The notes beneath the pieces were generated by a model. That model had not been told where the DNA came from. It saw only the letters and a list, made by a program, of their open reading frames with translations, and searched no databases. A program made the position numbers and the translations under genes. Positions 55,004 to 64,000 of a stretch of DNA of 64,000 bases are shown here, one piece after another. The stretch's first letter is position 1; each line of letters opens with the position of its first letter. The stretch is from Nitrospirota bacterium (lineage in GTDB: Bacteria > Nitrospirota > Nitrospiria > 2-01-FULL-66-17): the NCBI GenBank assembly GCA_049325335.1, contig JBMOMC010000011.1:79590-143589 (forward strand), given 5' to 3'.

Positions 55004-55942
55004 TCAGGCCAGCCGCGCGCGGTCGTGCGGGGTTGACAGGTCTTGCGCGGGACCGATCGGCACGATGCGGGTAGGATTGATGTCCTCGTGCGTCATATAG
55101 TAGTGCCGTTTGATGTGATCGAACTGCACGGTCTCCGCGATGCCATCCTGTTGATAGAGGTCCCGCAGGTATCCGAACAGATTCGGATAGTCTGCGATGC
55201 GGCGGAGGTTGCACTTAAAATGCCCGTGGTACACCGCGTCGAACCGGACCAGGGTCACGAATAGGCGCCAGTCCGTCTCCACAATGCGGGCGCCGAACAA
55301 ATAGCGTCGAGTGGCCAGACGGACCTCCAAGCCGTCCAACGCGTCGAACAGCTTGCGCGCCGCCCGATCGTACACGCTTTGCGAGGTGGCGAATCCGGCC
55401 TGGTACACGCCGTCGTTCACGCGTTCATAGATGAAGGCGTTGAGCGGATCGATGTCCCCTCGGAGGTCGGCCGGATACAGATCCACCCGGCTCTCGGTGA
55501 ATCGGTCGAACGCGGCGTTGAACATCCGCATGATGTCGTCGTCCGAATTGCTCACGATGCGCTTGGTGAGCGTGTCCCACAGCACCGGCACGGTGATCCG
55601 GCCCTGAACGCGCGGGTCGGTCGCGGCGTAGGCCTCGCTGAGAAACCGAAACCCGTTGATGGGATCGGTCGAATGCCCCGGCCCGTCACGGAACGCCCAT
55701 CCCCGGTCGTCGCGAATCGGATCCACCGGGGTCATTCCGATCACGCGTTCGAGTCGTTTCACCTTGCGCACGATGATCGTGCGATGCGCCCAGGGACAGG
55801 CCCATGACACGTAGAGATGGTACCGCCCGATCGCCGACGGGTACCTCGATGATGCGTCCGGCCTCACCCAGTCTCGGAACGCGTCGGGTTGGCGACTAAA
55901 CGCGCCGTCAGGCGTCTGCTCACTCGGAAACTGGGGTGCCAT
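55004..55942 (-). CDS. yqjG: Glutathionyl-hydroquinone reductase (YqjG/ECM4-like GST)
   Basis: RYHLYVSWACPWAHR, TVPVLWD, RFDAVYHGHFKCN, HIKRHYY. Confidence 0.92.
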   Translation of the reverse strand: MAPQFPSEQTPDGAFSRQPDAFRDWVRPDASSRYPSAIGRYHLYVSWACPWAHRTIIVRKVKRLERVIGMTPVDPIRDDRGWAFRDGPGHSTDPINGFRFLSEAYAATDPRVQGRITVPVLWDTLTKRIVSNSDDDIMRMFNAAFDRFTESRVDLYPADLRGDIDPLNAFIYERVNDGVYQAGFATSQSVYDRAARKLFDALDGLEVRLATRRYLFGARIVETDWRLFVTLVRFDAVYHGHFKCNLRRIADYPNLFGYLRDLYQQDGIAETVQFDHIKRHYYMTHEDINPTRIVPIGPAQDLSTPHDRARLA

Positions 55943-56064
55943 GGTCAATGTGCGCCTCCCGCGACGATTATTCGCCAATGATCCCCCTGAATCAAGCCGC
56001 CGCACGACTGGACGCGTCGCCGCGATCAAGTATCTTTTAACAGTCGGACCCGTTGTGAGAGCCC

Positions 56065-56973
56065 ATGCACCGGACAGTCCACGCCTCAAGGCGATTCCGT
56101 GGTTTCGCCCGCGCGACGGCGGCGCTGGGCATGGCGTGCGCCGTGTGCGTCGGCTGCGCTCAGCAAGACCCTGACTACCGGCCTCGCATCCTGCGCATCG
56201 GCGTGACGCCGAACGCGCCGCCCGAATCGCTCACCCGACAACACGGCCCGCTGGCCACGTATCTGCAACGGGAAACCGCCCTCAAAACCGAGCTGGTAAT
56301 CCCGAAGGACGGCGACGAATTGTTGGCCATGTTCCATGACCGCCGCGTGGACATGGCGTATCTCGGCGGGTATCCCTATCTGCTGGCTCACGAACGGGAC
56401 CGCGCGGTTCCGCTGGCCATGCGCGACGCGGACTTTCGCTCCACCTCGCTGCTCATCGTCCGGGCCGAGAGTCCGGTGCGGCGGCTGGAACATCTGCGCG
56501 GAAAACGCGTAGGGCTGCTCGGCGCGACGTCCGCCGCCGGCAATCTCATGCCGCGCTATTTTTTGAGCGAGCGCGGCATGCCGCCCGAACACTTTTTCAG
56601 AGAGATCGCGTACGCGGATTCGTACGATACCACGGCGCGGTGGATCCGGGACGGCCGGATCGACGCCGGGTTCGTGAGCCGCGAGGCCTTCGCGCGGCTC
56701 CTCGTCGAGGGCACTCTCACGGAGCGCGACGGGCGCGTCGTGTGGGAAACGCCCGCGTACGCCGACTCCGTGTGGGCGGTTCAGCCCCGCCTCGCGCCGA
56801 CCGTCCAAGCGGATATTCAGAATTATCTCTTGACCCTCGCGAGCGACGATCCGGAATCCCGCGCAATTCTGGAAGCCGCCGGCGCCACGCACTTCCTGCC
56901 GGCTGCTGATTCGGACTACGACGCGATCCGCCGGAGCATGGACGCGCTGCGAACCGCGGCCGCCGCGCGATGA
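56065..56973 (+). CDS. PhnD/PtxB-family periplasmic substrate-binding lipoprotein, no adjacent transporter
   Basis: Lipobox-like VCVGC; LRIGVTP, VDMAYLG, TSAAGNLMP, IDAGF, FLPAADSDYDAIR. Confidence 0.82.
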   Translation: MHRTVHASRRFRGFARATAALGMACAVCVGCAQQDPDYRPRILRIGVTPNAPPESLTRQHGPLATYLQRETALKTELVIPKDGDELLAMFHDRRVDMAYLGGYPYLLAHERDRAVPLAMRDADFRSTSLLIVRAESPVRRLEHLRGKRVGLLGATSAAGNLMPRYFLSERGMPPEHFFREIAYADSYDTTARWIRDGRIDAGFVSREAFARLLVEGTLTERDGRVVWETPAYADSVWAVQPRLAPTVQADIQNYLLTLASDDPESRAILEAAGATHFLPAADSDYDAIRRSMDALRTAAAAR

Positions 56974-59696
56974 ACCCGACGACCCATACCGAAGTGTTGC
57001 GGTACGTCCGCGGGCTCATGGCCTTGGTCATCGCGGTGGCCGTGACGGTCATTGCGTTGCTCCAGACCCAGCACGAACACCGCGAACGCCTCCAATCGAC
57101 TAATTCCGACATCCACGCGGCGGTGATCCAACGCGTGAGCGCGATTCGCGCGGCATTGGATCAGGTGTCTACCGCCCTCCTGGCGTCGGACGTTAATCCG
57201 CACGCGGCCGCGGACTTGTTGGAGCGAAACGTGCCGGGCCTGATCGACCATCTCCAAGACATCGAGGCTCGGCAACATCGATCCGATCTGGATTCCGCGG
57301 AACGCTCGCTCTCGCGCGTGCGGATCGCCATGGAGCGCATCGTGCAACTCGACCAACAGTCCGGCGATCCCGCGGCCTTTGACGTGGACGCGCTCAGGCG
57401 CGCCATTCCGTCGTTGGACGTGCGATTGGAACAGTTCGCGCGGTTTCACGAACACGCCGGCGGCGAGATCCGCCGACGGTTGTCGGCCATCGACGCCAGG
57501 CAACAACTGATCTTATTGATCGTGTTGCTCTCGTCGTTGGCGCCGACCGGGTTGATCACCGCGCGCATCATCCGGAACATCCGCCAGATGTTGACGCGCC
57601 AAGCCGTGGCCGAAGAGGCCTTGCGCAACAGTGAATCGCGCCTTCGCCAGACGCTGGACAATATGTTCGCGTTCGTGGGACTGCTGACGCCGGACGGCGT
57701 CATGACCGACGCGAACCGCACCGCCGTCGTCGCGTCGGGGCAACGCCTGGACGAGATGCTGGGGCGCCGCGTGTGGGAGACGTCGTTTTTTAAGGACCTG
57801 CCGGACGCCGCGGATGCGGTTCGAGCGGCCGTTCGGCGCGCCGCGTCCGGCGAAACGGTCCGCCAAGACATGTCCGTTCGGGTGGCCGACAACATGGTGC
57901 GCGCGATGGACGTGATCTTTTCCCCCATGTTCGACGAGCGGGGCGGCGTATGCAACGTGATCGGCTTCGGCGTGGACGTCACCGCGCGCCAACACGCGGA
58001 GAGCCATATGCGAATCCTGTCCACCGCGCTGGAGCAAACCGCGGACAGCGTGATGATCACGGGGACCGACGGGACCATCGAGTACGTGAACCACGCCTTC
58101 GTCCGCACGACCGGATACGACCCGGCCGAAGTGATCGGTCACACTCCGAACGTCCTCAAGTCGGGCCGACACACGGCCGAGTTCTACCGCACGGTGTGGA
58201 ACACGCTCTTGGCCGGCGAGAGCTTCAACGACGTGTTCGTGAACCGCCGCAAGGATGGGTCCTTGTATTCCGAGGAAAAAGCCATCAGCCCGCTCAAGGA
58301 CGCGACCGGCCGCGTCACCCATTTTGTGTCCACCGGACGCGATATCAGCGAGCGCATTCAGACCCAGGAACGGTTGTACTTTTTGGCCAACCACGACGCC
58401 CTGACCGGTCTGCCCAATCGCACGTTGTTTCTCGATCGGCTGGAACAAGCCATCAGCCGTGCCCGATGGAACCAGCGGGTGGTGGCGACCCTGTTTCTGG
58501 ACCTGGACCACTTCAAAAACATCAACGATACCTTGGGACACAATGTCGGGGACCAATTGCTCCGCAGTCTCGCCGGCCGGCTGTCCGCGGCCCTGCGCAA
58601 CGGCGATACCGTCGCCCGATTCGGCGGCGACGAATTCGTGATTTTGTTGGACGACATGGCTGACGCCTCGGACGCGGCGAGCGTGGCCCAAAAGCTGTTG
58701 GACGTGTTGGCGCCTCCGGTCGAAGTCGGGACGACGTTGCTCCAGGTGGGCGCGAGCATCGGCGTGAGCACGTTCCCGGCCGACGGCGATGATCCCGGCA
58801 TGCTGCTCAGAAACGCCGATACCGCCATGTACCGCGTCAAGGAGTCCGGACGGAACGCGTATCAGTTTTACTCGCGCGACATGAGCGCCCAGGCGTTCGA
58901 ACGGGTCATGATCGAGAGCCACCTGCGCCATGCGTTAAAACGGGGCGAATTTACGCTCCACTATCAACCGCAGCTCGACGTGCCGAGCGGCCGCGTCGTG
59001 GGGGTGGAAGCGTTGCTGCGATGGCGCCACCCCGAGCAGGGGGTGATATCGCCGGCGCAGTTCGTTCCGGTGTTGGAGGAAACCGGGCTCATCGTGCCGG
59101 TCGGCGAATGGGTGATCATCGAGGCGTGCGCGCAACTCGCCCGTTGGCGCGCGGCGGGGCACACGCGGCTGCGCGTGGCGGTCAACCTGTCGTCGCGTCA
59201 GTTCCTACAAGCCAAGTTGTCCTCGGTGATCGCGGAAGCCCTCGCTCGCGTCGAACTCCCGCCGGAGGCCCTGGAAGTTGAAATCACCGAGAGTCTCTTG
59301 ATGCACCCCACCGAAGTGACTCAACGGACTATCACCGCGCTGCACGATCTGGGTGTACGGTTCGGTCTCGATGATTTCGGGACCGGGTTTTCCTCGTTGA
59401 GTTATCTGCGACGGTATCCGTTCGACACTCTGAAGCTGGACCGAACATTCGTCCGCGACCTGCCGGACGACGCCAACGACGCGGCGTTAACGCGCGCCAT
59501 CCTTGCCATGGGACAGGGGTTGAAACTCGACGTGATCGCGGAGGGCGTGGAAACCGAGGCGCAACGCGAGTTTCTGCTCGCCCACGGATGCCGTACCATG
59601 CAGGGGTATTTGTTCGCGCGCCCCATGCCCGCCGAGGACCTCGGCGCCTCGTTGCTCACGGGGAGTCACGGGGCGCAAGACGCCCAGGCTGCGTAA
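56970..59696 (+). CDS. Membrane-bound TM-periplasmic-TM-PAS-PAS-GGDEF-EAL protein
   Basis: Two TMs around an about 145-aa helical domain; two PAS; RNGD + GGDEF; EAL, EVEITES, DDFGTG; ATGA overlap with the SBP gene. Confidence 0.93.
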   Translation: MNPTTHTEVLRYVRGLMALVIAVAVTVIALLQTQHEHRERLQSTNSDIHAAVIQRVSAIRAALDQVSTALLASDVNPHAAADLLERNVPGLIDHLQDIEARQHRSDLDSAERSLSRVRIAMERIVQLDQQSGDPAAFDVDALRRAIPSLDVRLEQFARFHEHAGGEIRRRLSAIDARQQLILLIVLLSSLAPTGLITARIIRNIRQMLTRQAVAEEALRNSESRLRQTLDNMFAFVGLLTPDGVMTDANRTAVVASGQRLDEMLGRRVWETSFFKDLPDAADAVRAAVRRAASGETVRQDMSVRVADNMVRAMDVIFSPMFDERGGVCNVIGFGVDVTARQHAESHMRILSTALEQTADSVMITGTDGTIEYVNHAFVRTTGYDPAEVIGHTPNVLKSGRHTAEFYRTVWNTLLAGESFNDVFVNRRKDGSLYSEEKAISPLKDATGRVTHFVSTGRDISERIQTQERLYFLANHDALTGLPNRTLFLDRLEQAISRARWNQRVVATLFLDLDHFKNINDTLGHNVGDQLLRSLAGRLSAALRNGDTVARFGGDEFVILLDDMADASDAASVAQKLLDVLAPPVEVGTTLLQVGASIGVSTFPADGDDPGMLLRNADTAMYRVKESGRNAYQFYSRDMSAQAFERVMIESHLRHALKRGEFTLHYQPQLDVPSGRVVGVEALLRWRHPEQGVISPAQFVPVLEETGLIVPVGEWVIIEACAQLARWRAAGHTRLRVAVNLSSRQFLQAKLSSVIAEALARVELPPEALEVEITESLLMHPTEVTQRTITALHDLGVRFGLDDFGTGFSSLSYLRRYPFDTLKLDRTFVRDLPDDANDAALTRAILAMGQGLKLDVIAEGVETEAQREFLLAHGCRTMQGYLFARPMPAEDLGASLLTGSHGAQDAQAA

Positions 59697-59705
59697 CGCC
59701 GCCCT

Positions 59706-60320
59706 TCACGGAGCGGGCGTTTTGGACTCGTGCAAAATCGCGGCGGCCTCCTGAAAACACTCCCCCAACGTTGCATCGGGCAGACGCACCCCGGAAAAAT
59801 ACTCGGTCAACATGGCCCCGCCTCGAAACCCCAGGGTCCCTTTGCCCACGCCGTCGAACCGATCGCCGCGCTCGGTGAGGGTCAGGTCGTAGGTGCTGTC
59901 GGGGGACTGATACAGTCGTCCGGTGACAGCGCCGGATGCCTCGGTTTGCCAGCCGACCAATCCGTACGGGGCCAACACCCCGACCGACCCGTGTTCACTG
60001 CCAAGGTGGGTCAGCGTGAAACAGCCGGTCGGGTCGATCTCCGTGGCGAAATACACGTCTCGGTAGCGGGACAGAAAGTCGCTTCGCAGGGCGGGATCGG
60101 TAATTTCAGCGAATCGGACCACCCGGTCGGCGAATACGAATAGCCCTTCGGCCACTTGTTTGCGCAGCCGATCCGTCGCGGGTTTGTCAAACACCGACAC
60201 CCGGTACACACGCGGGCCCGTGGGAACCGGCGGCACGTCAACGGCCTGGGCCGCCGAGCTCAGCGCCAGGACTGCCACGATGTGGGCAAGGACACCGGAC
60301 CTGAGTGGATGATACGCCAT
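59706..60320 (-). CDS. Exported hypothetical protein
   Basis: GGGGAG RBS; signal peptide ending AAQA; two Cys; beta-rich; no family recognised. Confidence 0.65.
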   Translation of the reverse strand: MAYHPLRSGVLAHIVAVLALSSAAQAVDVPPVPTGPRVYRVSVFDKPATDRLRKQVAEGLFVFADRVVRFAEITDPALRSDFLSRYRDVYFATEIDPTGCFTLTHLGSEHGSVGVLAPYGLVGWQTEASGAVTGRLYQSPDSTYDLTLTERGDRFDGVGKGTLGFRGGAMLTEYFSGVRLPDATLGECFQEAAAILHESKTPAP

Positions 60321-60408
60321 GCTTCGCGAACTCCCCTGTTTGGATCGATGACCCGCGGCATTATACCAAGCCTCCGACGTGGGGTTCGGCCCGTGTAGGA
60401 ACGGGCGC

Positions 60409-61593
60409 TCAAACGGCCCGGCCAGTCGCATACCCGGACGCCCACGCCCACTGGAAATTGAATCCACCCAAATGCCCGGTCACGTCCACGACCTCGCCGA
60501 TAAAGTAGAGGCCGGGTTGCGTCCGGCTTTCCAGGGTCTTGGACGACAGATCGCGCGTATCCACCCCGCCCACGGTCACTTCCGCGGTGCGATACCCTTC
60601 GGTCGCGGCCGGTCGCACGACCCATGCGCCGAACCGCGTCGCCACGTCGACAAGCAGCCGGCCGGGCCACGCAGCGATCGCTCGATCCGCCCACTCCTTC
60701 CACCACAAGGTTTCCAACTCCGCGACCACGCTCTTGGGCAAATGGGCGGACAGCGCGGTGCGCAACAGGGCGCGGGGCTGGGTGGTCTTGAGCGACTTGA
60801 AGAGTTCAACCGCATCGTGACCGGGCAAGAGATTGACCGTGATCGGCGCGCCGGGCTCCCAGTAGCTGGAGGCTTGGAGCACGGCCGGGCCGCTCAGTCC
60901 GCGGTGAGTAAAGAGCATCGCGTCGGTGAAGGACCGCTCCGCCACCGTGACTGTGACCGGCAAAGACACGCCGGCCAATTGTTGGCACAACGCGCCGAAC
61001 GTATCCGTGAACGTGAACGGCACGAGGCCGGGCCGACAGGGCAACACCCGCAGCCCGAACTGTTGAGCCACGTCGTACCCAAATCCCGATCCGCCCAGAC
61101 TAGGAATCGACAGCCCGCCTGTGGCCACCACCAGCGCGCCCGCTTCGAACCCGCCGCAACTTGTGCGCAATTGGAATCCAGATCCCGCGTCGACTGCCTC
61201 CACCTCGCACCGCGTCTCGATGCGCGCGGCGGCTCGTTCGCACTCGGTCAACAGCATGTCCAGTACGGCTTTGGACGACCCATCACAAAACAACTGGCCC
61301 TGGCCTTTGTCGTGGTACGCGATGCCGTGGCGGTTGACCAGGTCGATGAAATCCCATTGGGTGTACCGGCTGAGCGCAGACTTACAGAAGTCCGGGTTGG
61401 CGGAAAGAAACCGGTCCGGCGTGACGTGCAGGTTCGTGAAATTGCACCGTCCGCCCCCGGACATGAGAATTTTCTTGCCGACCTTGTTGGCGCGCTCCAA
61501 CACCAACACGCGGCGACCGCGTTGCCCCGCGGTCATGGCGCACATCAGCCCCGCGGCGCCCGCGCCGAGGATCACGACGTCGAACGCGTGCAA
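60409..61593 (-). CDS. YhiN/HI0933/BaiN-family flavoprotein
   Basis: GAGAAG, GKKILMSGGGRCNFTN, LFTHRGLSGP, GHLGGFNFQWAWASG. Confidence 0.93.
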   Translation of the reverse strand: MHAFDVVILGAGAAGLMCAMTAGQRGRRVLVLERANKVGKKILMSGGGRCNFTNLHVTPDRFLSANPDFCKSALSRYTQWDFIDLVNRHGIAYHDKGQGQLFCDGSSKAVLDMLLTECERAAARIETRCEVEAVDAGSGFQLRTSCGGFEAGALVVATGGLSIPSLGGSGFGYDVAQQFGLRVLPCRPGLVPFTFTDTFGALCQQLAGVSLPVTVTVAERSFTDAMLFTHRGLSGPAVLQASSYWEPGAPITVNLLPGHDAVELFKSLKTTQPRALLRTALSAHLPKSVVAELETLWWKEWADRAIAAWPGRLLVDVATRFGAWVVRPAATEGYRTAEVTVGGVDTRDLSSKTLESRTQPGLYFIGEVVDVTGHLGGFNFQWAWASGYATGRAV

Positions 61594-61596
61594 TGG

Positions 61597-62100
61597 TTAC
61601 AACACCACCGGCTGATCCGGCAATTCGTTCGGACGCTCGCCTTGGCCCGGATGATGTCGGACCAGGTGCGCGCTCACCGCCCGAATGCCGGCCAGGACGC
61701 CGTCCTCGAAGCGACCGACGCGAAACGCGGCCTCCATGTCGCGGCAAATCCGTTCCCACTCCTCCGGCGCCACGTGGCGCGCAATGCCGCGGTCCGCCAC
61801 GATTTCCACGTCGCGGTCCGCGAGCAAGAGATAGACCAGCACGCCGTTGTTGTGCGCAGTGTCCCACACCCGCAGCCACGAAAACACGTCGATGGCCCGC
61901 TCGCGCGCGGATTGCCGGTGAACCAAGGGCCCGATGTCCAGCGCCGCCTCCACCGCGAACCGGATCTGCCCGGTGTGCGTGGCTTCGCTCTGACTGATGG
62001 CCTGTTCGATCGCCCGCATGGTTCGGGTTGGAAACGCGGTCCGTACGCGCCACGGCGGACTCACGAGATGCCGAACGAACCGTGTCCAGGTCGTTACCAT
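61597..62100 (-). CDS. TPM domain protein (short)
   Basis: SEATHTGQIRFAVE, VWDTAHNNGVLVY..ADRGI, NELPD. Confidence 0.9.
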   Translation of the reverse strand: MVTTWTRFVRHLVSPPWRVRTAFPTRTMRAIEQAISQSEATHTGQIRFAVEAALDIGPLVHRQSARERAIDVFSWLRVWDTAHNNGVLVYLLLADRDVEIVADRGIARHVAPEEWERICRDMEAAFRVGRFEDGVLAGIRAVSAHLVRHHPGQGERPNELPDQPVVL

Positions 62101-62978
62101 CGTCCCGACGCGCCGCCTCCGCCGAACGATCCGCCCCCGCCCCCACTGAATCCGCCGCCAAATCCGCCTCCGAAACCTCCGCCGCTCCCGAGCAGCCCTC
62201 CGCCAAACCGACCGCCGTACCCTCCCCGCCCCAATGGGCTGCCCATGACCAGCGTCACCAGAAACGCGATGACAGCGGCCAGAACGCCGAGCACGAGCGA
62301 TCCCAGGATCATCCACACCAACAGGCCGCCGATGCCCGCGGTCAGCGATGCCCCCGCCAATCGGCCGAACACCGCGCGCAGCGCCAGGCCGAGCACGATC
62401 GTCCCCATCACCAGCACCGGCAGCACGTCCTCGATCCCGGACCATTCGCGTTCGCGTTGGCTGGGCGCTGGAAGGGGCTCGCCGTCGATGAGGCGAATCA
62501 AGCGCTCCACCCCGGCATCCACCCCGCCGTAAAAATCGCCCTGTTTGAAATACGGCACCACGATCTCGCTGATGACCCGTTTGGCCACCGCGTCCGGTAT
62601 CACGCCTTCGAGTCCGTACCCGACTTCGATCCGCATGGCGCGATCGTCTTTGGCCACCAAGAACAACGCGCCGTCGTCCACGTCCTTGCGCCCGAGTTTC
62701 CACGCCTCGGCCACGCGCAGCGCGTACTGCTCGATGGTTTCCGGCTCAGTGGTGGGAACGAGGAGCACGGCGATCTGACTCCCCTTGCGCTGGGAAAACG
62801 CGGAGAGGTCTTGTTCCAGCGTGTCGCGCTGGCCGGGGGTCAACGTGTTGGTGAGATCCGTGACGAACGCGACAAACGGCGGAACCGGCTGCTCTGCGCC
62901 AGCTTGGGCGACGAACGCCGCCAGGACAATGAGCGCGCCCGCACACGCGGGCAGGACGCGCGTGGAAACCGAGTTCAT
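62094..62978 (-). CDS. TPM domain membrane protein (YgcG-like)
   Basis: WKLGRKDVDDG, RIEVGYGLEG, Gly-rich tail GGGSFGGGGASGRW. Confidence 0.92.
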   Translation of the reverse strand: MNSVSTRVLPACAGALIVLAAFVAQAGAEQPVPPFVAFVTDLTNTLTPGQRDTLEQDLSAFSQRKGSQIAVLLVPTTEPETIEQYALRVAEAWKLGRKDVDDGALFLVAKDDRAMRIEVGYGLEGVIPDAVAKRVISEIVVPYFKQGDFYGGVDAGVERLIRLIDGEPLPAPSQREREWSGIEDVLPVLVMGTIVLGLALRAVFGRLAGASLTAGIGGLLVWMILGSLVLGVLAAVIAFLVTLVMGSPLGRGGYGGRFGGGLLGSGGGFGGGFGGGFSGGGGGSFGGGGASGRW

Positions 62979-62997
62979 CCGGAGACTGAACACCCCA

Positions 62998-63612
62998 TCA
63001 CTTCGGGGCGTCTTGTGGCGTGCCACCAAAGTCCACGGTGGGCGGCTTGGCCAGCTCGCGTTCGTTCTCCACCGTGAACGACGCCTTGGTGCGGAAACCG
63101 AACAGCATGGCGGTCAGGTTGCTCGGGAACCGCCGCACCGTCACGTTGTACTCCTGCACAGATTTGATGTACCGGTTGCGCGCCACCGTGATGCGATTCT
63201 CGGTGCCTTCGAGCTGGGCCTGCAAATCCCGGAACAGACCGTCGGCTTTGAGTTGCGGATAGTTTTCAGCCACCACCAACAATCGCGACAAGGCGGACGT
63301 CATCTCCCCTTGCGCGGCCTGGAACTTGGCGAACGCGTCGGGATCATTGATCAACCCCGGCGTGGCCTGGATCGCGCCCACGCGGGCGCGCGCCTCGGTG
63401 ACCTGGGTCAACACCGCTTCTTCGTGCGCCGCGTACCCTTTGACCACGTTCACCAGATTCGGCACCAAATCCGCGCGACGCTGGTATTGATTGAGCACCT
63501 CGGCCCAACTCGCCGTGACCTGCTCGTCCGTCATCTGTAACGTGTTGTACCCGCACCCGCTGATCGCAAGCACGACCACCAGCAGCACACCACCGATCAC
63601 CCGATTGCGCAT
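62998..63612 (-). CDS. lemA: LemA family protein
   Basis: SGCGYN, QYQRRADLVPNLV, ENYPQLKAD, LEGTENRI, RRFPSN. Confidence 0.95.
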   Translation of the reverse strand: MRNRVIGGVLLVVVLAISGCGYNTLQMTDEQVTASWAEVLNQYQRRADLVPNLVNVVKGYAAHEEAVLTQVTEARARVGAIQATPGLINDPDAFAKFQAAQGEMTSALSRLLVVAENYPQLKADGLFRDLQAQLEGTENRITVARNRYIKSVQEYNVTVRRFPSNLTAMLFGFRTKASFTVENERELAKPPTVDFGGTPQDAPK

Positions 63613-63749
63613 CGCACCCTCCATAGTCAGACGATCAACGGCCCTATACAACCACGGGGCGGATCAGACTTCAAGCCGCGCGAAATGAAAACGAAACCGC
63701 GAGTCAAAAAACGGCCGCATCTGAAACACCGCGCCAGGACCTCACCTCC

Positions 63750-63867
63750 CAAGACGTCTTGTAACACGTCTACGGTCCGGTCGGCGTCATAACCCGTTGA
63801 CTTCGAGGACGAATTGGAATATACCGGTCGCCGAGACGTATTTAAAGACGTCTCATTCGGACGTCTA
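63750..63867 (+). promoter_or_regulatory. Sigma70-like promoter flanked by phased (AG)ACGT(CT) motifs
   Basis: TTGACT-N17-TATACC at 63797-63825; ACGT cores at 63754, 63766, 63836, 63848, 63861. Confidence 0.5.
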
Positions 63868-64000
63868 GTATATGTTGGGCTCTTAACGGGTTTCGGGTGT
63901 GACCACTGGCCATGACGGCCAATAGAGATTGAGATCACGATTGCTCCAGCGATGTATTGGCTAAACTTAGCGGCTACCCAGCGTGACCTCGTCTCCGGCA

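Noticed and set aside
62100..62235. Low-complexity CCG/CCT repeats
   Set aside because: They simply encode the Gly-rich tail normal for YgcG-like TPM proteins.

Overview
GC-rich (about 65% by eye) chromosomal window of a diderm bacterium. Gene order (pyrR-pyrB-pyrC-carA-carB-greA-pyrD; lepA-lepB-rfaE1-kdsB-pyrG-kdsA-kdsD-kdsC-lpxL-pgsA-plsY) and repeat types suggest Nitrospirota or a Deltaproteobacteria-like lineage (inference only). Core content: pyrimidine operon with a PyrR attenuator, Kdo/LPS/phospholipid operon, tRNA-Arg(CCT), pyk, prfC, lemA-TPM-TPM. Accessory and signalling content: NtrC-type two-component pair followed by a sigma54 promoter and a small Zn-ribbon ORF; msrPQ-CDF divergent from an ECF sigma/zinc anti-sigma/DUF2892/RND operon; a REC-PAS-GGDEF-EAL, atypical acyl-CoA dehydrogenase, pseudo-receiver-PAS kinase and response regulator cluster (best candidate for an undescribed flavin/O2 signalling system); a transporter-less PhnD-like lipoprotein coupled to a membrane GGDEF-EAL protein; a DUF4388-MshEN-GspG-like plus TPR module; an ABC exporter with no ATPase gene; and several small palindromic elements, including a REP nested in a MITE and a repeat inserted in-frame in carA. 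No CRISPR array, transposase or prophage was seen. All family calls are from motif recognition by eye, without database searches.
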